Source of the DNA: the human T2T-CHM13v2.0 reference genome, Homo sapiens
Reading direction: 5' to 3' (one strand)
Assembly (NCBI RefSeq): GCF_009914755.1
Contig: NC_060926.1
Length of the DNA: 64,000 nt
Shown: positions 33,582 to 48,650 of the stretch, piece after piece
Numbering within the stretch: the first letter of the stretch is position 1
How the letters are laid out: each line of letters opens with the position of its first letter
Made by a program: the position numbers and the translations under genes
The notes under the pieces: model-generated
Seen by the model: the letters and a program-made list of their open reading frames with translations, nothing else
The model's database searches: none
What the model was told of the DNA's origin: nothing

Positions 33582-33639
33582 TGGCCACTGTCCTGCTGTC
33601 CATATCAACCAACACCTTTTCTGGGATCTGATGAGTGTC
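33582..33639 (-). pseudogene. 28S (LSU) rRNA fragment
   Basis: Minus strand GACACTCATCAGATCCCAGAAAAGGTGTTGGTTGATATGGACAGCAGGACAGTGGCCA matches the conserved 28S segment as I recall it (GACGCTCATCAGACCCCAGAAAAGGTGTTGGTTGATATAGACAGCAGGACGGTGGCCA) with 4 mismatches in 58 nt. Confidence 0.85.
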
Positions 33640-34559
33640 ATTAGGATTGTTCTTACCCAAAGGTTTTTACATTTTTGAAGGGTTGTAAAACAAGCAGACA
33701 CACAAAAAAGAATAGGTTGACAGACACCCTGTGGCTGGGTCTAACCTCGGCTGTAGGCTGGCTGGAGCCCTGGTGAAAGGTGGCTTTTCTTCCATCCAGG
33801 CAGTCACTAACAAGAGGTACAGCCTTGAAGTTGCCATGCCGACAGGGAATTCAGTTCTTAAAATAGTAGACTGTGCTCAGGCATTTTCAGGGTGGGTGGG
33901 TTTGGAGGGAGGGGGTTGGGAATAGGGGTGGGGAGAGATGATAAACTAATGAGTCACACCCAACTGGTGACAGCTGCTCCAACAACCCTCTGGCAACATG
34001 AAGTGGGGAGGAAAGGACATTTTCCATGAATGGGAACAGTTTGGTTTCCTCACAGTATTTTCCTGCCTGGCCAGAGGAAATTCCCATCTCCACCTCCTCT
34101 CTCTCCCTCCTGCCACTCCCCAGCCTCCTCCTTGCAGAGAACAGAAGGAGGAAACGCCCATCTCACAAAGAGCCTGCCATGATTCAGAGGGACTGGTTGT
34201 TACTGAGGATTAGTCTGTGCAGGGACTGAGAGGAGCTCACTCTCACACACGCTGCCTTGGGACTCCGTGCGTTGGGAGGCCTGGGAACGAGCATTATCAT
34301 CATCGCAAGATCTAATGAAAGTATTTCACTAAAAATGTCTTTAATCCAGATCGGTGAATCAATCAATAATAGTTATTCTTTGAGACTCGCCTGTTGCCCC
34401 TCTACTGTTCATAAGGTTTTTTTTTTAGAATTGGGGTCTCGATCTGTTCCCAGGCTGCACGACCATAGCTCACCATAACCTCAAACTCCTGGGGTCAACC
34501 GATCCTCCTGCCTCAGCCTCGCAAGTAGCTGGGGCTACACCACATCTGGCTGATCTATT

Positions 34560-35592
34560 TTTTTCTGTGTGATAAATATACATAACATAAAATCTACCAT
34601 TTAACCATTTCCCAGCGATGCAATTCAGTGGCAGTAAGTTCATTCCCATTGTGCAACCATCAATATCTTCCAGCACTAGAATTTTTTTTTTTTTTTGAGG
34701 CAGAGTCTCACTCTATTGCCCAGGCTGGAGTGCAGTGGCATGATCTCGGCTCACTGCAGCTTCCTGCCTCCCAGGTTCAAGCAATTCTCCTGCCTCACCC
34801 TCTCGAGTAGCTGGGACTACAGGCACATGCCACCACATCTGGCTAATTTTTGTATATTTAGTAGAGACAGAGTTTCACCATGTTAGCCAGGCTGGTCTCA
34901 ATCTCCTGACCTCAAGCAATCTACCCACCTCGGCCTTCCAAAGTACTGGGATTACAGGCGTGAGCCACCACGCCATGGCTAGGACTTTTTAACCATCCCA
35001 CACTCTGAAACTGGGTGCATAACTCCTCGCTCTGCCTCCCATTGCCATCCCAACCCTGGCAACCACCGTTCTACTTTCTGTCTCTATGAATTTGGCTGCT
35101 TTAGGTAGCTCATGTAAGTGGAATCATCCAATATTTGTCCTTTTGTGTCTGGCCTATTTCACTTATTATAATATGTTCAAGGTTTGTCCATGTTGTAACA
35201 TATGTCAAAACACAAAATTACAACGAATCCAGTTTAAGGATCTTAACTGACTTTATTTGTGATTCTAAAATTGGGCAATACTTCATTCCATAAAACAGAA
35301 TACATGTTTTGGGCCGGGCGCAGTGGCTCACACCTGTAATCCCAGCACTTTGGGAGGCTGAGGCGGGTGGATCACTTCAGGTCAGGAGTTTGAGACCAGC
35401 CTGGCCAACATGATGAAAACCTGTCTCTACAAAAAATACAAAAATTAGCTGGGCCTGGTGGCATGGGCCTGTAATCCCAGCTACTTGGGAGGTGAGACAT
35501 GAGAATCGCTTGAACCTGGGAGGTGGAGGTTGCAGTGAGTTGAGATAGAGCCATTGCACTCCAGCCTGGGTGACAGAGCGAGACTCTGTCTC

Positions 35593-35625
<33 letters not shown>

Positions 35626-36265
35626 TTCCGATGAGCTGAGCAGAGAGGTTGGCCTTACAGACAGAAAAGAACTAGCGGGAGTGGAAGCAAAGAGCCAAGT
35701 GTATTAGTCACTTAAAGCTACTTTCCTTGTAAGGCACAGACAAGGAGATCGAAAAAATAGAAAAATCACTGATCAGTGAACCTCAGGTTATGCCAGGCTA
35801 CCTTTTGTGTGCAAGGATTAAGGCAGAGGGAACTTCATTATCCTGTCTATTGAAGATTGAAGCTGGCCTGTTTGGGAAATTGGCTGTTATCTCTCTCTCC
35901 TGATTTCTCAGAACTATAGATAATAATTTAGGTTTAGTGATGTGAAACTTTAGCATGGGTGACTCCATTTTGACTTTAACTCTGGTCTTACTGGGACCTA
36001 GTGCAGAAGCTTAGCCCAAAAAAATGGCCTATCAATTTTATTTAACACGTGTTAGAATTTCATTCCTTTCTTCCTTTTCAAGGCTGAATAATATTTCATC
36101 ATATGTGTACAACACAGTTTGTTTATCCAGTCCTCCGTAGATGGACATTTGGGTTGTTTTCACCAAAAGGTGAATCAAAAGGCTTCACCAAAAGGCTGCT
36201 GTGAATAGTGCTGCTGTGACTATCAATGTACAAATAGCGGTTCGAGTCCCTGCTTTCAAGTCTTG
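34560..36265 (-). mobile_element. Old L1M fragment interrupted by an AluS (34682-34980) and an LTR
   Basis: ACATAACATAAAATCTACCATTTAACC...GGCAACCACCGTTCTACTTTCTGTCTCTATGAA...GATGGACATTTGGGTTGTTT. Confidence 0.85.
35203..36047 (-). mobile_element. ERV1 solo LTR (MER31/MER67-like) containing an AluS (35312-35619, +)
   Basis: Minus strand begins TGTTAAATAAAATTGATAGGCCATT...AAAATGGAGTCAC and ends TGACA; Alu TSD AATACATGTT. Confidence 0.7.
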
Positions 36266-38185
36266 TGGTGGCTAGTCCATTTTCAGAAAGAAAACAATTA
36301 GCAGGCTGAGAACCCAGCCCGGGTGCAGAAGACGCTACGGCAGCACGTTCTTGTTTTTTCCATCACATCCGTTGAGTCTCCTCTGAGGCCAGCAAGCCCC
36401 TCACCTTTTGTCCTCCCTTGGTGCTCCAGCCCTTGGCTCTTGCTGCTCATCTCCATGGGGTCAAGGCCCTGGGAACCTGTGATCCTAGATCCGTCATTGA
36501 GAACAGTGGGGAGCTATAAGGTTCATGGTTATCTCTTCCATATTCTTCAGAGTTGTGCATCATTCAAGCAAAGCTTTTTTAATACTAGTTGTATCTTTCA
36601 GCATGATTTCAATGTGTTTTTGTCCCGAAGAACCCATTTCCCACCAGAGGCAGAGCATGGAAGGACTCAGTGTACGCATGTCACTAGGAATTTTTTGGTT
36701 GGGAATGGGCACATGGCCTCAGCTGGCTCACTCAGGCTGACAGGAAGGAGTTTTATTTCATGGCTGGGCAGGATGTTCCCTTTTTTCTCTGGAAGTGTTT
36801 CACTTGATATTGATCAAAAGAATGCTAGCTGAACCGTGAACAAAGCTGGCACCTGGAGACGAAGGCGGGGCTGAGAGAATAGCAGGACGTGTTCCTAGAG
36901 CCTTAATCATACAATGCCTGAAGCCCACCCTATCCAGTCTACCTGTGAGGAAGCTAATAAACTGCCTGTAATTTAAATCTGGTTTGCTAGGGTTTCTGAT
37001 CCTCAGGGTCAAAAATATTCTAACAGACTCAGTCTGCATGGTGTTAGGGTTTTGATTTTCACCCCAAGAGGAGTGGAAAGTCATTAAGAGATTTCAGCAG
37101 GGCGAGTCCAGGGAGGGGTGACAAGATCAGGTCTGCATTTCAAAGCATGACTCTGGCCGCAGGGTGGAAATGGGTAGTGGCTGGGATGGTTGTACTTGGG
37201 GGCTACTGGGCTAGCTCTGGGGAGAAGTTGTAGAGTAGGACAGAGGGGAACAGATCTGGAAGTTTTTAAGGAAGTTAATAAGGTTGATGAGACTTGATGA
37301 CGGTTTGTGGGGATGGGGAGTGGGGTGACCTCTAGGCTTGTGGCTGGCTCAACTGGATGAACAGGGGTGCTACCCACCATGACAGGAATATGGTTGAGAA
37401 GAAGAGATGGAACACCAAAAGTGTCAGGTTCCTGGAGGGACTGGCCTTAGGTGGGAGTGGCGACAGCTAACATTAGTTTAGTGCTAGCCATGAACCAACT
37501 GTGGCCCAAAGTGCTGTACGTGTGTAAATTTATTAAGACAATGACCTTACGCCCATTTTACTGATGAGAAAACTGAGGCACCGAGAGGTTAAGTAATTTG
37601 CCCAAGGCCACACAACTGATTAGGAAATGGGAGTTGAATCCAAGCAGTTTGGTCCCGTGAGGTTCCCAAGGAATATATGTGCTGAGAAGGCTCCCATGAG
37701 CAAATGGCATGTAATGTCTGTAACACTATTATCTGGGGCTTGGGCCCCCAACTCCAGTGCAGAGAAAACTCTGGGAAGCTAGATTTTGATTCCCAGAACA
37801 GCCTCCCTTTTCTAAGTCAGTTAGGCCTAAATGGCTTCTGACGAAGCAGCCTGGGAGGCGTGCTCGATTTCACAGCCGCCACCCCAACTTGAGTCTCCAA
37901 TCTCGCCACCGTGATCTGGGCAGCCTGGCCTAATGGATCCCCAGCAGGGCCAGGGTGAGAGGCTGTGTGTTTCCTGTGTGCCGATGCTGCTGCTTCAGCC
38001 TGCTGCCAGGAGGGAGGAAGAAAGGATGTCCATACAGAAAGGGAGACAGGGATGGGCTGGCTCAGAGGGAAGCGTCTGCCTATGCCAGGGTCACTTGGAA
38101 AGAAGAGAGAGAAGAGGGAGCCACCTGCATGGGCTTCACCTCCTTGGAAAACACCACCGCTGGAAAGTGTGGCCTGGTCTCTTGC

Positions 38186-38726
38186 TGAAACCATCACAGG
38201 GTTAACAAAAATTACATGCCAGGTTCTGACAGAAATATAATTAAGCATTAATCAGGCTGCACTTGGCACACTTCCTTGTAGCTGCTTGCTAAATAAAAGC
38301 CACACATGACCATTTGCATTCCCATTGTTCTTATGGATAGGATCTCTGAGGTTAGCATCATAAGGCTTTCGTTTAAGGATTGCTTAAGATGTTTTTCAGA
38401 TCCTGAATTCCAGCGGAATGGCTGACGCCAACCAATCTGAAGGCCCCCACAGAGGAACCAAATTGGCATGAGAATGTAGTTTCATTCCCCCCATCCCATG
38501 GCTTCACCCTGCACTCTTTGGCCAAGGAATGATCCCCACATCTCAGCCCCACACTCATGCAGACCCCTTAAAATCTCTAGCCCCAACTCCTCAGGGAGGC
38601 AGAGTTGAAGTTCACTCTCATCTCCTCATTTGGTTGCTTTATGAGTAACCCTCTTTCTGTGCTGCACCTTGGTGTCTTGGTGTCATCACTTTCCACACAT
38701 CGGGCAGCAAACCTGGTATGGTGACG
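38186..38726 (+). mobile_element. ERV1-type solo LTR
   Basis: TGAAACC... start, CCCTTAAAA TATA-like box, 4-bp TSD TTGC (38182-38185 / 38727-38730). Confidence 0.7.
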
Positions 38727-39695
38727 TTGCCTGGAGCCAGATGAGCTCTCTTCTGTACATACAGAGATGTAAGTCTTCAGCATGGCTCGTCTTGTCAACA
38801 CAGAGTGCTAACCAGCGTCCTCAACAACATCCTTCCACTGGACACAAAGAAGAGCTTCCTAGCACACTATTCTAGAACATCCTTCCGAGTAGGTGACTCC
38901 AAGGGTCAATGCAGCACTAAGGCTACAGAAGTGAGGGGAGGGGCTGTGTCTACCACCTATCTTCCTCATCACTCTCATCAAAAGGCATTTCACACTTATA
39001 CTGTAAAAACGTCATGTGAATGTGGTTACTTCCTCTCCCTTTCTCTCTCTCTCTCAAAATATCTTATTGTATGTAATGCTTTTGAACCTCAGTTGACCAT
39101 GGGTAACTGCAACCACGGAAAGTGAAACTGTGGATAAAGGGGTATGGACTCTTGCCTCATCTCCCACTACTGGATTATCAATTCCTTGAAGGCAGGGACC
39201 ATGCCATTTAGTTCTGTTATGGCCACTGCTCCCAGCACAGTGCTTGGCACTTGTGGGCACCTTGTGAAACTGATCAAAGTCCCTATTTGTTCAGAAGCCG
39301 CCTGGTCACAAGCCAGATAAATCCAAAGTGTCTTCAGGCAGAAGGAGAGGTTTAAGAGACACAGATACATTGACAGCTCTATTGCATAGGAAAGAGTTGA
39401 AATGGTTTCAAAGATTTGTTGAGCATTTCTTATATGCAGCATGCAGGCTGTGGCGCTGGGGCACACAAAGATGAACTCATATCTCTCGCCCTCCAGGGCT
39501 TCACCCTTGAAGGGGAGATACACATACTGCTGGCTACCATGCAGTGGACCAGGCGGGTATTGATGAGTATGGACAAAGGGATCCTAGAAGAAATGGGATC
39601 TGTTTTGGGGTGGGAAGATGGGTTGGGTGACAGAAGAGGCTAAGGAATGGCTTTTATAGAGGATATGACACTTGAGTGGGCTTTAAATGCTATAA

Positions 39696-40120
<425 letters not shown>

Positions 40121-40920
40121 TTGAGACAAAAGTGGAGAGGTGTGGAAATGCCTGGCCCCTCTGAGGGTGGGAGTGAGTGATCCACACAAGAAAGCATGCC
40201 TGGAACAGGGATGGGAGAGGCCAGGCCAGGTTGTGCAGGGCTTCTCCTGTCTTGGGAAAACAGGAATTAGGCTGTTTGCCTGTAGGTAATGGTAGGGCAC
40301 CTGGGAGAATTTTAGCCTGGAGTGTGACATGAACTTTTGTGTCCCTTTCTCCCTCCCTCCAAGCCTGGGCAGAGCAGTGGGCAGGCCGGGAGACGTCTTG
40401 AAGATGTTTGCTTCCCTTCTTCAGCTCTCCAGGCTGCTGACATCCTGGCTCCCTGAAGTCTAACAGGGGAGAAAAGAGTGGATTGAAAATAAGAAAATGC
40501 TCGCGTGAAGGAGTAAAAAGGCAGCTGGAAGTACAACATTCATTTGGAGATGGAATAAATAAATGAGATAAAATCCTAAATAAATATCTTACACGGTTCT
40601 AATTGCATTTTAAAAGCTGCCACCAGAGAACAGATAAAATGATGCTGTATTTCATTAGTGGCTCCTGTAATTCTATGGTATTCGCCAGCAAGCCCTGTTA
40701 AAGTACTCTGTAATTAAAGACCAGTTCTAGGTCCTGTAATTTAGAGCATTATCAAAATACGGCAAGTGACAGGAGGTAAAGAAATGGAAACAAAGCCTGC
40801 TTTCATGAGGTCCTGGTAGACCACATAGAATGTGAATTTTTACAGCTCAGCCTTTGTATTGCCCTCACCACCAGGGCCAGTCCACATCAATGCTTTCCAT
40901 TTGACAGGTGACCGGTTATG

Positions 40921-41219
<299 letters not shown>

Positions 41220-41294
41220 TCCAGTTATGTTTTTATTATCCCAAAGGAGTGTGGATGGAGAAGTAAATCAGTTCTTTGATTTAAAAAAATTGAG

Positions 41295-41727
41295 ATATAA
41301 TTATCACAACATAAAATCAGCACTTTAAAGTGTATAACTGGGCCAGGCACAGTAGTTCATGCCTGTAATCCCAGCACTTTGGGAGGCTGAGGCAGAAGGA
41401 TTGCTTGAGCCCAGGAGTTCCAGGCAAGCTTGGGCAACATGGCAAGACCCCCATCTCCTCAAAAATAAGAATAAAAAAAATTAGGAATGGTGGGGCATGC
41501 CTGTGGTCTTGGGAGGCTGAGGCAGGAGGATCACTTGAGCTTGGGGGGTTGAAGCTGTAGTGAGCTGTGATGATGCCACTACACTCCAGCCTCGGCAACA
41601 GAGTGAGACACTGTCTTTAATTAATTAATTAATTAATTAATTAATTACAGTGTATACCTCAGTGGTTTTTAGTATATTCACAATGTTGTACAACCATTAT
41701 CACTATCTAATTCCAGAATATTTTTAT
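41295..41727 (+). repeat. Copy 2 (probable source) of the local duplication
   Basis: Same Alu and flanks; L1M sequence continues on both sides here. Confidence 0.9.
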
Positions 41728-41760
41728 CACCCCCAGAAGAAACTTTGTACCTATTGGCAG

Positions 41761-43092
<1,332 letters not shown>

Positions 43093-45038
43093 AGTATTCA
43101 GTCCTCATTCCCACCTACCCAGCCTTTGGCAACCACTAATCTTCTTCCTATCTCTACAGAATTGCCAATTCTGGACATCTCATATACATAGAACCATACA
43201 ATACCTGGTCTTTTGTGTCTGGCTTCACTTACAATGTTTTCAAGATTCATCCCTGGTATAGCATGCATCAGTACTTCATTCATTTTTATGGCTATTCTGC
43301 AGTGATTAGGTCTATGCAAACCTGCCTCCAAAGGCCAAGGGAGTTGAGAGGCCAGAGAAAGAGGCTGGCAATCCAGCTTCTCAGAAGTAAACATTTAATA
43401 GGGATATAGGAATGGAAGCCATGTTCCTGGTGGTACGAGACAGTGAATCCCCACACCATTACCCCCCAGGCCCAGGGCTTATATACCATAGGGAAAAGAT
43501 ATCCATGCCTCAAAAGGAATTTGCCTAAGAGCAGGATTTACAGTAAGTAGTAAAGTAGAAATCTTAGAGGCATTCCCCAAATGGGTTTATCAGAAGTCAA
43601 AATGGCAGATTAGCATCCAAGATGGAGTTAGTTGCTTTAGCCTCTGCAATAGAGAAAAGATAGATTGTTGCCTGGAAACACATTTGGTTTATTCATTCAT
43701 CTGTTGATTCCACATTTTAGCTACCTATTATATGACTATAAACATTCATTGCAAGAGTTTGTGTGAACGTAGGTTTTTTATTCTCTCAGGTACCTAGGGG
43801 TAGAATTGCTGGGCTCATAACTCGATGTTTAACCATTTGAGGAGCTGCCAAGCTGTTTTCCACACAGCTGCACCATTTCCCATTCCCAAAAGCAATGTAT
43901 GAGGGCTCCAATCTCTCTATATCCCTACCCGCAGTTGACAATGTCCTTTTTCTTTTTTTTTTTTTTTTTAATTATAGCCATCCTAAGGGTATGAATCGCA
44001 TTGTGGTGAAGTAGTAAGTAGTATTGCATTGTGGTGAAATCTGTCTTGTAACTAGGAAAATAGGCATTCTTTTGCCTTTGCTGTTTGTGATAAACCATGG
44101 AGGTTCTCTATGTTAGGCCAGCATAAGACAGTTTGTGGTTCTGCTTCTTCTGTTCTCACCACTGGGCCCTGGCCTGGAGACCTCCTCCTCACCGAGGACA
44201 CTGTCAGAGGGACTCAGGTGGATTGGGTTCAATCCTGGTTCTGCCAATTGTTAGCGAGGATGAACTTATTAAAGGGCAAGTTATTAAAGTTTCCTAAGCC
44301 TCATCTCTAAAATGGGAATAATTTAAGTGACTGCTAATTTATTTCAAGGACTCTAAGATATACCCTTTTCACATCTTAACATCTCTGAAATAGAGATGTG
44401 TTTTAAGGTGTTTGTGGGGCTGGCAGGAGTTGTGAATGTAGTCATTCTCACCTGGACATACACATTAGAACTCGCAGATGGGATGTCAGCTGCCAGATAG
44501 AGAACCCCAGAGACAAGAGTGGAGCCTCTTTGAGGCAATGCCACCGTACCAACACTCTTGCCACAAAGGACAGCACTGTGGGTAAAACTCGGATCTCAAG
44601 GACTGGGCCATGGTGATCCCAAGAGTGGGCCCTAGATCAGAGGAAGTTTGGGGAGTATCTTCACCTGTTCATTTCACTTGTATTTTCCCTATTATCTATG
44701 CACAAGAGTGGTATGCAGTAACCATCTCTGTTGAAGGAAATCTAAAAGAGCTCTTTCAGAACTGTAAAATAAAAATTCTAAGGGCTAAGAAATACTTTGT
44801 GTCAATTAATTGACTTTATTTTCCTTTTTTAACAGTATATAAAATAATGATGTGTGTGACAATCAGTGATGAAATAAAGGTACCTACTTCCCACATTGGA
44901 AGGCTATTGAGAGGCCTTGGCAGGGGGCGGATAGTGTGCGTGGAACACTGAACACAGGGCCTGGCAGAGAGTAGTCCTGTTATAAATGTTGCTGGTTAAG
45001 AAGATTATTCACAATAACGTGCCTATTTGTAATATTAT

Positions 45039-45421
45039 TGTAGCAGGACGAACCACTGACAAAACCCCTCAGACACTGGGTGAAGGAAGGATTTGGCTTT
45101 ATTTGGCCGGGAGCCTCGGCAGACTCACGTCTCAACAGCCGGGAGCTTCGGCAGACTCATGTCTCAAGAACCGAGCTCGCCAAAGCCAGAGTTCCTGGCC
45201 CTTTTAAGGGCTTACAACTCTAAGGGGTTCCACATGAAACGGTTGTGATAGATTAAGAGCAGATGTGGTTAGAGTGGGGGGTTAACCTTTTAACCTCAGG
45301 CCTGGTCATCAGTGGCACTGGCTGGCCTTGCCACTGACTTCATTCCTGTTGTTTTTCAACTTTTTACTTCCTCCTTCTCTTCAGAGACAGGAGACAGTAA
45401 GAGAAATGGCCTCGCTCCTCA
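45039..45421 (-). repeat. 3' LTR (LTR2-family-like)
   Basis: Direct repeat of 57283-57652; AATAAA on minus strand; preceded by PPT AAAGGGGGAAA (45422-45432). Confidence 0.93.
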
Positions 45422-45449
45422 TTTCCCCCTTTGAGAACCTCATTCACTA

Positions 45450-45806
45450 GTGAGAGTTCTCACTGTCATGTTCACAACCCAGGTCTTCCTGCCAGTCCAG
45501 TTCCATCGATTCCTAGAGTTACATACTCTCCTGTTTTCCAACGGAGATCAAGTAGTTCTAACGGGTTATAGCACACATCAGGTTGGTCACTTCCTGGGAT
45601 GCATTCCTTGTACTGGGTGGCATTATACACACAAGTCCCTTTTAGAGTCCAGTACATTCATAATAACTATAAAACAGAAAGACTGTTTTAACTTTTTGCC
45701 CTACTCAGTAACTTGAACAGTCCTCAGTCTGAGGAAGGTCAGTTGAAGTCCTTACTGCACAAGTCCGAAATTTAAGGAAAATGAGTCCCACGATGAGTTT
45801 CCTCAT
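45450..45806 (-). pseudogene. env: env remnant (signal peptide and part of SU; most of env deleted)
   Basis: ATG at 45806 gives MRKLIVGLIFLKF; track peptide TCVYNATQYKECIPGSDQPDVCYNP; only about 380 nt before the PPT. Confidence 0.8.
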
Positions 45807-45828
45807 GCTTTGGCCATGCGTGGACCCG

Positions 45829-48650
45829 TCAGCTTCCGGGTGTGATTGGGGCAGGGCTTGTCATCTTCTTCAAAGTCACCTTGCATGGGTTGTCTGGGCT
45901 TGGTTTCCCCTCCCAGGTCTCAGGTGCTGCGGGCTTTATGTGACTGTGGTGGATCCAGGCTGGGATTTCCTCTACTTTTATGGCTGTGGGGGTGGTCAAG
46001 ACAACGGTCTGGGGTCCTTTCCACTGTGGCCGCAACGGGGCTATGTTCCAATCCTTGATCCACACCCAATCACCTTTGCTGTCTTCTGTACCGAGTCAGC
46101 CACAAATGCCAGCCCGTTGTCCAAGCTGATTCGTAAGGGCAGCCCAAACTTAGGGATGAGATCTCAGAGAAGCACACGGGTTACTTCACGAGCTTTCTCA
46201 GTCCGTGTTGGATAGGCCTCTACCCACCCAGAGTATGTACACACTAGAACTAGCAATTTCTTGTTACCTCCACATTTGGGCATCTCAGTAAAGTCTACTT
46301 GGAAATCTTCAAAGGGAGCTGCTCCAGAAGCTCGTATGCCGGGTGGGATGGTTGGACCTTGCTCAGCACTGCGCTGCCGGCAGGCAACACACTGCTGCAC
46401 CACTATTTCTGGCAAGGGCTGACAGATGCGAGATGTAGAAGTACTGGCCCAACAACTTTTCAAGTGATCTTGACCTAGGTGGGTGGTCTCCTGCACAGCC
46501 AGTACGACTGCGGCTCCTAGCAGTTATGGCATGGCTATTCTTCCATCCAACAACTGGATCCATCCCTCTTCTATCACCTGCCCTCCCTCTGCCTGGAGAA
46601 GGTCCTTCTCTTCTTTAGATTAAGTAAGTACAAGGTCAGGTACCTGAGGGAGCAGGGGGACTGTGACTGATGCCCGGTAGGGGGTGGATGCTGATTTTCG
46701 AGCCTCTGAGTCAGCTCAGGAGTTGCCCAATGCAATCAAGGTGGAAGTTCACTGGTGTTCTTTGCAGTGCATGACTGCCACCTTTTGGAGCTTCCATACT
46801 GCCTCAATAACTGCAGGATCTCTTGCTGATATATGTCTTTTCCCCCAGAGTTCAACAGGACTTTTCCTTTATATAAAGCCCCATGCACTTGGAGGGTTAA
46901 GAAGGCATACCGAGAGCCAGTATAAATATTTACAGTCTTACCTTCACTTAGCTCTAAGGCCCAAATTAAAGCAATGAGTTCGGCCTTCTGGGCTGAAGTA
47001 CCCTGGGGCAATGATTTGGCTTCAATGACAGCGTCCAGGGTTACCACTGCATATCACGCACACCTCTCTCCTTGTGGGTTGACAAAGCTGCTCCTGTCCA
47101 CATACAGCTCCCAGTCTACTGATGCCCAAGTATGGTCTTGGAGGTCCAGCCTGCTAGAATAAACTGTGTCCAATACCTCTACACAGTTCTGTTCAACTGG
47201 GCTCTCTGGTACCGGGAGTAAGGTGGCGGGGTTCAAGGTGTTGCAAACTTCAATAGTTATGCAGGGCTTTTCACAGAGTAAGTTTTGGTACCTAGTTAGT
47301 CTAGCATTCATGAGCCAATGATGCCCTTTGGTATTCATTAAAGTCACCACAGCATGGGAGGCCTTTATGTTCAGGTTTTGCCCAAGAGTTAGTTTATCCA
47401 CTTCTTGTGCTAGCAGGGCAGTTGCTGCCAAGGCCCTCAAACACGGGGGCCAATCTTTAAAAACTCCATCTAGTTGTTTGGAGAGGTAGGCTACCAGTCT
47501 TGGCCAGGGCCCCACCGTCTGGGTTAAAATTCCAACTGCCATTTTTTCTCTCTCTGACACATATAGTGTAAATGGCTTTGTCAGGTCAGGCAGCCCCAGG
47601 GCTGGGGCTGAAATGAGTTTCTCTTTTAACTCATGAAAAGCTCGTTGCTGTTGGGACTCCCATTCAAAAGACTCTTTGTTATCCCCCTTTGTGACTTCAT
47701 ACAGAGGCTTGGCCAGTACTGCAAAGTTTGGGATCCATAACCTGCAGAACCCCACAGCTCCTAAGAATTCTCTCAACTGCTTTCTGGTCTCAGGCTCCGG
47801 TAGGTTGCAAATGACCTGCTTTCTTTTTGATCCCAGGCTGCACTCTCCCTGTCGGATAGTAAATCCCAAGTAACATACCTGCTGTTGGCAGATCTGAGCT
47901 TTCTTCTTGGACACCTTATACCCACAGTCCTCCAGGTGCTGGAGCACGGTATCCATTCCCTTGGTGCGCCCGACTGCTGTGGGGTGTCCCAGCAGGAGGT
48001 CATCAATGTACTGGAGCAACACGCAACCTAGGTCTCTAGCGGGGAACTTTTGGAAGTCTCGAGCCAATGCCTCCCTGAAGATGGTGGGGGAGTTCTTGAA
48101 CCCTTGGGGAAGCTGGGTTCAAGTGTACTGAGTGGTGACACCTGACCACAGATCCTCCCACTGAAAGGCAAACAGTTTCTGGCGCTCAGGGTCTAGTCTC
48201 ATGCTAAAGAAAGTGTCCTTCAGGTCCAGGCAGGTGAACCAGCTGTCCTCAGCTGGCAGTAACCCCAACAATGTGTATGGGTTAGGTACCATTGGGTGCA
48301 AAGTCACTGTAGCTTGACTGACCAAGCACAAGTCCTGCACTGGCCTGTAGTCCTTGGTCCCTGACTTGGGAACAGGCAGGAGGGGAGTGTTCCATGGAGA
48401 CTGACAAGGAACTATAATTCCAAAGGCCCTCAGGCACTTGAGATGGACCTGGATACCTTCAAGAACTTCTCTGGGGACCGGGTACTGATTTTGCCTGACT
48501 GGCTGGGCCCCAGGCTTAAATTCTATGAGTATGGGGGCCTGGTTGATTGCCAACCCTGGAGGGTTGTCTTCTGCCCACATCCTTGGCCACCGCTTAGCCA
48601 GAGCTATTCCTATCCCTTGGCCTGGCTCAGTTAATAATAAGAGTTTCCAT
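45829..48650 (-). pseudogene. pol: pol remnant: RT, RNase H, deleted integrase
   Basis: SPWNTPLLPV, CLDLKDTFF, LLQYIDDLLL, SAQKAELIAL, HHCC-region/FQVDFTEMP, GPQTVVLTTPTAIKV...WIHHSHIK; point stops at 48119-48121 and 47054-47056. Confidence 0.93.

Larger units (their letters stand above)
33208..33745. mobile_element. MER58-like hAT element in three pieces
   Basis: CAGGGGTTGGGTAAACTATGG terminus; CAAGCTAAAAATGGTT; GGTTTTTACATTTTTGAAGGGTTG...GACAGACACCCTGTGGC. Confidence 0.65.

Noticed and set aside
36323-36832. 169-aa ORF in unique sequence
   Set aside because: GTG start, no domain or codon pattern recognised
47054-48067. 337-aa pol ORF as an active reverse transcriptase
   Set aside because: Lacks the N-terminal RT motifs including the first catalytic Asp, which lie upstream of a stop; non-ATG start
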